DNA from: Planctomycetota bacterium
Lineage (GTDB): Bacteria; Planctomycetota; GCA-002687715; DRQF01
DNA: 10,483 bases
NCBI GenBank assembly: GCA_036479435.1
Contig: JAZGFI010000025.1
Location: forward strand, 1-10,483
Direction of reading: 5' to 3'
Below are positions 1-4,256 of the stretch, one piece after another (the stretch's first letter is position 1; each line of letters begins with the position of its first letter). The translations under genes were made by a program, and so were the position numbers. The notes beneath the pieces are model-generated. The model was not told the origin of the DNA and did no database searches. It saw nothing but the letters and a program-made list of their open reading frames with translations.

Positions 1-36
1 CCGAGGTTTTCAAAGGCATGGCTCGGATGCCGACCA

Positions 37-82
37 CCACGCTCTTTGAGGCTCAGAATCCAACGAGCCTCAAAGAGCGTGG
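37..82. repeat. Perfect 18-bp inverted repeat with a 10-nt loop
   Basis: CCACGCTCTTTGAGGCTC (37-54) and its exact reverse complement GAGCCTCAAAGAGCGTGG (65-82). No U-tract on either strand. Confidence 0.9.
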
Positions 83-107
83 CGATAAATCGCCGAATTG
101 CCCTCGA

Positions 108-221
108 CTAAGTTGGCTGCTGACAGACCGTTAACAGTTCTTGTGCCGACAAGACTGAGGAGTCGGCGACCATCCCCATCAATCCCAAGACAATTAAGAA
201 AAGCGCGACCGCTCTGAGCAT
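108..221 (-). pseudogene. Signal-peptide-bearing short ORF (37 aa); probable truncated or frameshifted 5' end of a secreted-protein gene
   Basis: Minus strand reads GGAGG-tcgagc-ATG, then MLRAVALFLIVLGLMGMVADSSVLSA/QELLTVCQQPT*. This is a Sec-like signal peptide ending in LSA-QE, followed by an early TAG. A TATGAT (-10-like) lies upstream at 247-252. Too short for the ORF track. Confidence 0.4.
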
Positions 222-277
222 GCTCGACCTCCGGTAGAAGGGCTGCATCATAGCTCACAACAGGGCATTCGTGACTA

Positions 278-292
278 GTCCTCGAACAAGCG
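278..292 (+). repeat. Left terminal inverted repeat (IRL) of the IS1380-derived element
   Basis: Exact reverse complement of 3642-3656 (17/17 if the flanking TA is included); directly upstream of the transposase leader. Confidence 0.8.
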
Positions 293-325
293 TGGATCGC
301 GAAAGTGTAATCGCAGAAACACGAG

Positions 326-393
326 GAAAGCCCTCTCCGCGCGCGTAGATGTTGATGTTCGAATCAACACAGAACACGCTGGGGAGGGCGTTC
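326..393 (+). promoter_or_regulatory. Transposase leader hairpin that would sequester the RBS
   Basis: GCCCTCTCC (330-338) pairs with GGGGAGGGC (381-389, one G-U pair), and inner TGTTGAT (350-356) pairs with ATCAACA (363-369). The 3' arm contains the GGAGG-like RBS of the GTG start at 396. Confidence 0.55.
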
Positions 394-395
394 TA

Positions 396-988
396 GTGAA
401 GAAGTGGATACGCAATCATCTTGCTCGTGGACAGAGGCGGGTTCGTGCGCGGCTACCTCGACGACAAATGAGGGCGGCGCGAGAGCGCCCGGTGCTCGGC
501 TCGGCGAGGTGCCACTACGAGCCTGCAAGCCGTACGCGGGCAATTGCGGCGGGTGGCATTGGAGCCATGCAAACGGTGGCGAGGCATTTCTTGACGCGCT
601 TGGCGCCGTCAGCATTCCGGACCCGACGACGGCTGGCGACTTTTGTCGTCGCTTCGACGAGGCTTCGATCGACGCGCTGATGACGGCGATCAACGAAGCG
701 CGTCTCAGAGTCTGGAAACAACAGCCGGCCGCCTTCTTCAAAGAGGCGATCATTGAAACCGACGGCACGCAGGTCGGGACCACCGGTGAATGCAAGGAGG
801 GGATGGACATCGACTACAAGGGAGGTTGGGGCTATCACCCACTGATGATCTCGCTCGCCAACACTCTCGAACCTCTTTTTCTTTTGAATCGAAGTGGCAA
901 TCGTCCGTTGAGCGAAGGCGCAGCCGGATACCTCGATCGAGCGCTGGAGTTCGTGCGTCGAGCCGGCTTCCGGATTCGATGTTGCTGA
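396..988 (+). pseudogene. IS1380-family (DDE_Tnp_1_4-type) transposase pseudogene
   Basis: The frame from 396 gives a typical N-terminus (..RPVLGSARCHYEPASRTRAIAAGGIGAMQTVAR). From ~581 the 404-988 frame gives EAFLDALGAVSIPDPTTAGDFCRRF...IIETDGT..TTGECKEGMDIDYKGGWGYHPL.ISLANT.EPLFL.NRSGNRP..EGAA.YLDRA....RRAGFR. It stops before the expected RGDxxF catalytic motif, and no C-terminal half is visible. Confidence 0.88.
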
Positions 989-1029
989 ACGTGTGTGATA
1001 ATTTTGGCGGACGCTGTGCGCGCGTTTCG

Positions 1030-1057
1030 AAAACCAAATAGCGCACGGATCGGGGGT
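1030..1057 (+). promoter_or_regulatory. Candidate bipartite (ECF-sigma-like) promoter or operator, copy 1
   Basis: AACC (1032-1035) and GATCGGGGGT (1048-1057), with identical spacing to the copy at 4196-4223. Confidence 0.35.
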
Positions 1058-1159
1058 GTAATCTGTAGGGTTGCTTTCAGATTGACGGCTTGAGTGACGC
1101 GCCAGACCTGCATTCAGTCAAGCCATGCCGGCTCACGACAACTTGCTAGGAGAAGAACT

Positions 1160-3220
1160 ATGCGTTGGATAGCGTCCGTACTTGCTATTTCATTGATGTT
1201 TTTGGTGACCGCTTGCAATCCGATCTTACTCTCGATTTTGAGCCCCGCTGAAGTGACAAGCGGCGAAGTTTTCGACGTGACCATTACCTACAACACGACC
1301 ATTCCCGTCGTCGGAACGAGCGCTGGGGCGGCGGTTCAGCTTCCGATCGGTTTTGAACTCGTCGCCACTGCGAACCAACCCTCCTTCTTCGGCGATGCAT
1401 CTTTGAATGCGCAGTTTGTTCCTGAGCCTGGCTGTTTTGTGACGACGATCTACTTTGACAGTAACACCGTTCCGGGTGCCCTGATTAAGGCCGCGGGGCC
1501 AGGCGGCTCAATCGATATCAAGATCATTCTGTTTGACCTTGCCGGGACGGGGCCCCTCGCGACACAACTCGCTGCGAACATCTCTTCTCCCCTAGGAGTC
1601 AATGACTTTTCTCTGGTGGGTGGGGCTCACCAAAGCTCAATTGCGGTACTTCCGCAGGGCACGGTGAGTGAAGACAGCTGGACGTCGGAGGCAATTCCGA
1701 CCAATTTCACATTGCTCGAAATTGTTGATCTGGATCTGGATGGTCGAGACGAGTTGCTTGGAGTGAATTCTGAGCGGAAGCTTGTCAGCGCCGCAAAGAA
1801 CTCTGCCGGCAACTGGAGCGTTTCAATTGTCAGTGCTGCACCTCCGACGACGAGTGGCGGTTTCATTGATGGTTTGACTGCGGACTTCAACGGAGACGGT
1901 TATCCCGACGTCTTTGCTTTTGGGTTCAACGGCGGGCTGCAGTTTTACCCGTCGTTGGCCAACGGCACTTTTGGCGCAAGCGTTCTCGTCGACCCGCCTG
2001 CCGGATTTCTGTACGGCATTCAAAAAGCCACTGCATTTGATCGTGACGATGATGGAGACCTGGACCTTTTCTTGGACGTCCTCATCGGATTCAAGTACTT
2101 CGAAAACGATGGCTTGGGAAACTTCACTCTCGACAACTCCGGTCTGTCGTACTTGGACGCAATCCGTGGGACGTTTCCTTACGTATTGGATCTCGATGGT
2201 GACGGCACAACCGAGTTTGCTTATGTCGATAGCGCCCAATCAACATTGGAGGCCCATAGCGCGCTGGTGTCCGGCGGATTCGCCCATACGGCATCGTTCG
2301 GACTTTCCGGCGCACAAGTTCACGGATTTGAGGACCTCAATCAGGACGGGCTGCCCGAGATGATTTGCACTCGGTCGCTGGCATCGGGGAAGCAAATTGA
2401 AGTGTATGAGAACACCAGTGCAGCAGGAGTCTTGAGTTTTTCAACTCCCATGGTCATTAGTCAGTGGGAAGGGGCTGCCATAGCTTCGCTTGAAGGCCTG
2501 CGTTGCCTCGACTTCAACAGCGATGGATTTCCGGATCTCGTGGTACCGGGTGAGGCTGCCTGGCGGGGAGCATCTAACCTCGGTTTTGTGAGTGTTGCGG
2601 ATTGGCATCAAGGCCTAAAGCTGTTCGATGGAAATCCAAATGTTGTCCCTTCTTTGACCGGCATGGCCGACTTGAGGGGAGATGGTCGCAAGGTTCTGAT
2701 CGCCGGCCGCCTCCACGGTCTCTTGCAGCGCGCCATGCATTTCGCTCGTCCCAACCTTGGATCTTGCGCAACAGGCAACATCGGCGCGGCGGCCGGTGCC
2801 GCAGAAGATTGCCTATTCGTCAACGGATCAAGTGGGGATGTGGACCGGCGGGTTGACGTGGCATTGAATGCTCCCATCACAATCGATGTGATCACGCCAA
2901 GTGCTAACGGTATCCCTTCCGCCCACTTTGCCTTGTGGGGCAAAATGGGCATCGCCGAGGTTTCGGATCAGTTGCCATCGCCGCACGGAACTTTTTGCGT
3001 TCCAGTATCTCCGTTCACGACAGGATCTGAGTACTTTCTTCTCGCCGATTCGGGGAACCCCACGGCGGGTTTGGTCTACGGACTGCCCAGCCCCTGGACT
3101 TACTCTCTGCCACTGGGCCTTTCGCTGCCGACCGACCTCGTGTTGACGGGAGTCATCGAGGACGATTCCGCTCCTACTGGTTTTGCGGTAATGAACACGG
3201 TGCAGGTCTCAGTTCGATAG
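1160..3220 (+). CDS. Lipoprotein with seven FG-GAP/VCBS-like repeats (predicted 7-bladed beta-propeller) plus N- and C-terminal beta-rich domains, 686 aa
   Basis: AGGAG RBS at 1148-1152 before ATG 1160. Signal peptide MRWIASVLAISLMFLVTA-C with lipobox-like Cys19 (1214-1216). Repeats: DLDLDGRDEL, DFNGDGYPDV, DRDDDGDLDL, DLDGDGTTEF, DLNQDGLPEM, DFNSDGFPDL, DLRGDGRKVL. Confidence 0.9.
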   Translation: MRWIASVLAISLMFLVTACNPILLSILSPAEVTSGEVFDVTITYNTTIPVVGTSAGAAVQLPIGFELVATANQPSFFGDASLNAQFVPEPGCFVTTIYFDSNTVPGALIKAAGPGGSIDIKIILFDLAGTGPLATQLAANISSPLGVNDFSLVGGAHQSSIAVLPQGTVSEDSWTSEAIPTNFTLLEIVDLDLDGRDELLGVNSERKLVSAAKNSAGNWSVSIVSAAPPTTSGGFIDGLTADFNGDGYPDVFAFGFNGGLQFYPSLANGTFGASVLVDPPAGFLYGIQKATAFDRDDDGDLDLFLDVLIGFKYFENDGLGNFTLDNSGLSYLDAIRGTFPYVLDLDGDGTTEFAYVDSAQSTLEAHSALVSGGFAHTASFGLSGAQVHGFEDLNQDGLPEMICTRSLASGKQIEVYENTSAAGVLSFSTPMVISQWEGAAIASLEGLRCLDFNSDGFPDLVVPGEAAWRGASNLGFVSVADWHQGLKLFDGNPNVVPSLTGMADLRGDGRKVLIAGRLHGLLQRAMHFARPNLGSCATGNIGAAAGAAEDCLFVNGSSGDVDRRVDVALNAPITIDVITPSANGIPSAHFALWGKMGIAEVSDQLPSPHGTFCVPVSPFTTGSEYFLLADSGNPTAGLVYGLPSPWTYSLPLGLSLPTDLVLTGVIEDDSAPTGFAVMNTVQVSVR

Positions 3221-3319
3221 TGACTCTTTGACATCGAGCCATACATCTCCCCAATCCAGTTGTTTGGTGTCGGTGATCTCAAAATCGGTGGGCTCAGCGT
3301 TAGTCGGGCCCAAGGAGAA

Positions 3320-3354
3320 GCGATAGGAATGGAAGCGTCTTCCATTCCTATCGC
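3320..3354. repeat. Perfect 16-bp hairpin with a 3-nt loop, 100 nt downstream of the lipoprotein gene (possible terminator or mRNA stabiliser)
   Basis: GCGATAGGAATGGAAG (3320-3335), CGT loop, CTTCCATTCCTATCGC (3339-3354). No poly-U on the + strand. Confidence 0.85.
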
Positions 3355-3641
3355 CACATCGGCGATGACAAAAACACCGTCTTGGCTGGCGATGGCCGGC
3401 TTACTGACAAGTTCGGCAAGAAGAACAGATCCCGCTGGGCAGCCGCATTCGCACCACGCTGACTTTGGAAACCATGTCCGCTACGGATTTGTTTGATGGC
3501 AGTCAACACGCCATCACCGCGGCTGGAAACGCGAAAGGAAGCACAAACGTGATCAAGCGAACCCGACCGATTTCAGCGAGATGAATACGCGGTCCGCCCC
3601 GAAGGCAATCCTTATGGTCATGCCCCCAAAGTCAAGATGCT

Positions 3642-3656
3642 CGCTTGTTCGAGGAC
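3642..3656 (-). repeat. Right terminal inverted repeat (IRR) of the IS1380-derived element
   Basis: CGCTTGTTCGAGGAC is the exact reverse complement of 278-292 and is followed by TA. Confidence 0.8.
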
Positions 3657-4078
3657 TAATGGGATCGGGTCGGCAAACTGAAGAGCCAAATGGAGACGCC
3701 AAGCAAGCAGGCCATCACGACGCCTTGCAGCCAAAACGGTCGGACAAAAAAGATCACCGAACTCCCGCCGCCGATCGCGATCATGCTCACGGCGGTGATC
3801 TTGGCGCGCAGCGGAACGGTTCGCGTTTCCACCCACTCTCGAATGAGGGGGCCAAACAAACGGCTGTTGACGAGATAGCCATAAAAACGCGGCGAAGAAC
3901 GAGCAAAAAAGGCGGCGGCGAGGAGCAAAAACGGGGTCGTAGGAAGCACTGGCAACACCACACCGACCACCGCCAAGATGACGAAGAAGCAGCCCAAAGT
4001 GAAAAAGGCCGCCCGCGCCACGGGGGTCCGGGCGGGGGCGATACCACTTTTTTTCCAGCTGTCGTCAGTCGATCTCAC
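3656..4078 (-). CDS. ybaN: YbaN/DUF454-family inner membrane protein (~140 aa; start uncertain, GTG 4078 or GTG 4021)
   Basis: Hallmark motif G.F.V.LAVVGVVLPVLPTTPFLLLAAAFFARSSPRFYGYLVNSRLFGPLIREW....VPLRAKITAVSMI. The longer 211-aa call overlaps the divergent gene at 4257 and is unlikely. Confidence 0.9.
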   Translation of the reverse strand: MRSTDDSWKKSGIAPARTPVARAAFFTLGCFFVILAVVGVVLPVLPTTPFLLLAAAFFARSSPRFYGYLVNSRLFGPLIREWVETRTVPLRAKITAVSMIAIGGGSSVIFFVRPFWLQGVVMACLLGVSIWLFSLPTRSH

Positions 4079-4195
4079 GCCGGATGATAACGTCGCTGAG
4101 TCCCCTGCCCAGGGTGTCGAGGCCCGTGGATCATGGGCCTGTTCTCGAGAGTGTTTCTGAACGCTCTGCTCGAGCGTACGTTCGAGTAGCAACCA

Positions 4196-4223
4196 GGAAC
4201 CGAAGTCTCGACCGATCGGGGGT
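4196..4223 (+). promoter_or_regulatory. Candidate bipartite (ECF-sigma-like) promoter, copy 2
   Basis: GGAACC (4196-4201) and GATCGGGGGT (4214-4223), ending 33 nt before GTG 4257. GGAAC matches the common ECF -35 consensus. Confidence 0.4.
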
Positions 4224-4256
4224 CCGGGTTGGCGAAGTATTGAGTGAGGAAAGAGC

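Larger units (their letters stand above)
278..3656 (+). mobile_element. IS1380-family-derived non-autonomous element with internal cargo gene
   Basis: Perfect terminal IRs GTCCTCGAACAAGCG (278-292) and CGCTTGTTCGAGGAC (3642-3656), each flanked by TA (276-277, 3657-3658). An IS1380-type transposase remnant starts ~100 bp inside the left IR. Confidence 0.75.

Noticed and set aside
70..258. 62-aa minus-strand ORF
   Set aside because: No RBS or recognisable motif. The overlapping frame from ATG 221 has an RBS and signal peptide, though the 3' part of this frame could be its frameshifted continuation.
404..580. N-terminus of the 194-aa ORF (MDTQSSCSW...) as the real transposase start
   Set aside because: Transposase-like sequence in this stretch is in the 396 frame; the 404 frame only becomes transposase-like at ~581.
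560..600. Programmed ribosomal frameshift in the IS1380 transposase
   Set aside because: No slippery sequence, a conserved segment appears to be missing, and the gene is also truncated downstream.
1016..1124. Short inverted repeats (GTGCGC/GCGCAC, AATCTG/CAGATT, GGCTTGA/TCAAGCC) as an attC site or riboswitch
   Set aside because: Only 6-7 bp stems, no RYYYAAC...GTTRRRY core arrangement, no integrase nearby and no recognisable aptamer.
1094..1159. Upstream GTG start for the lipoprotein (708 aa)
   Set aside because: The RBS and signal peptide fit ATG 1160.
3581..4087. 168-aa plus-strand ORF
   Set aside because: Antisense shadow of the clearly recognisable ybaN gene, and it crosses the IS end.
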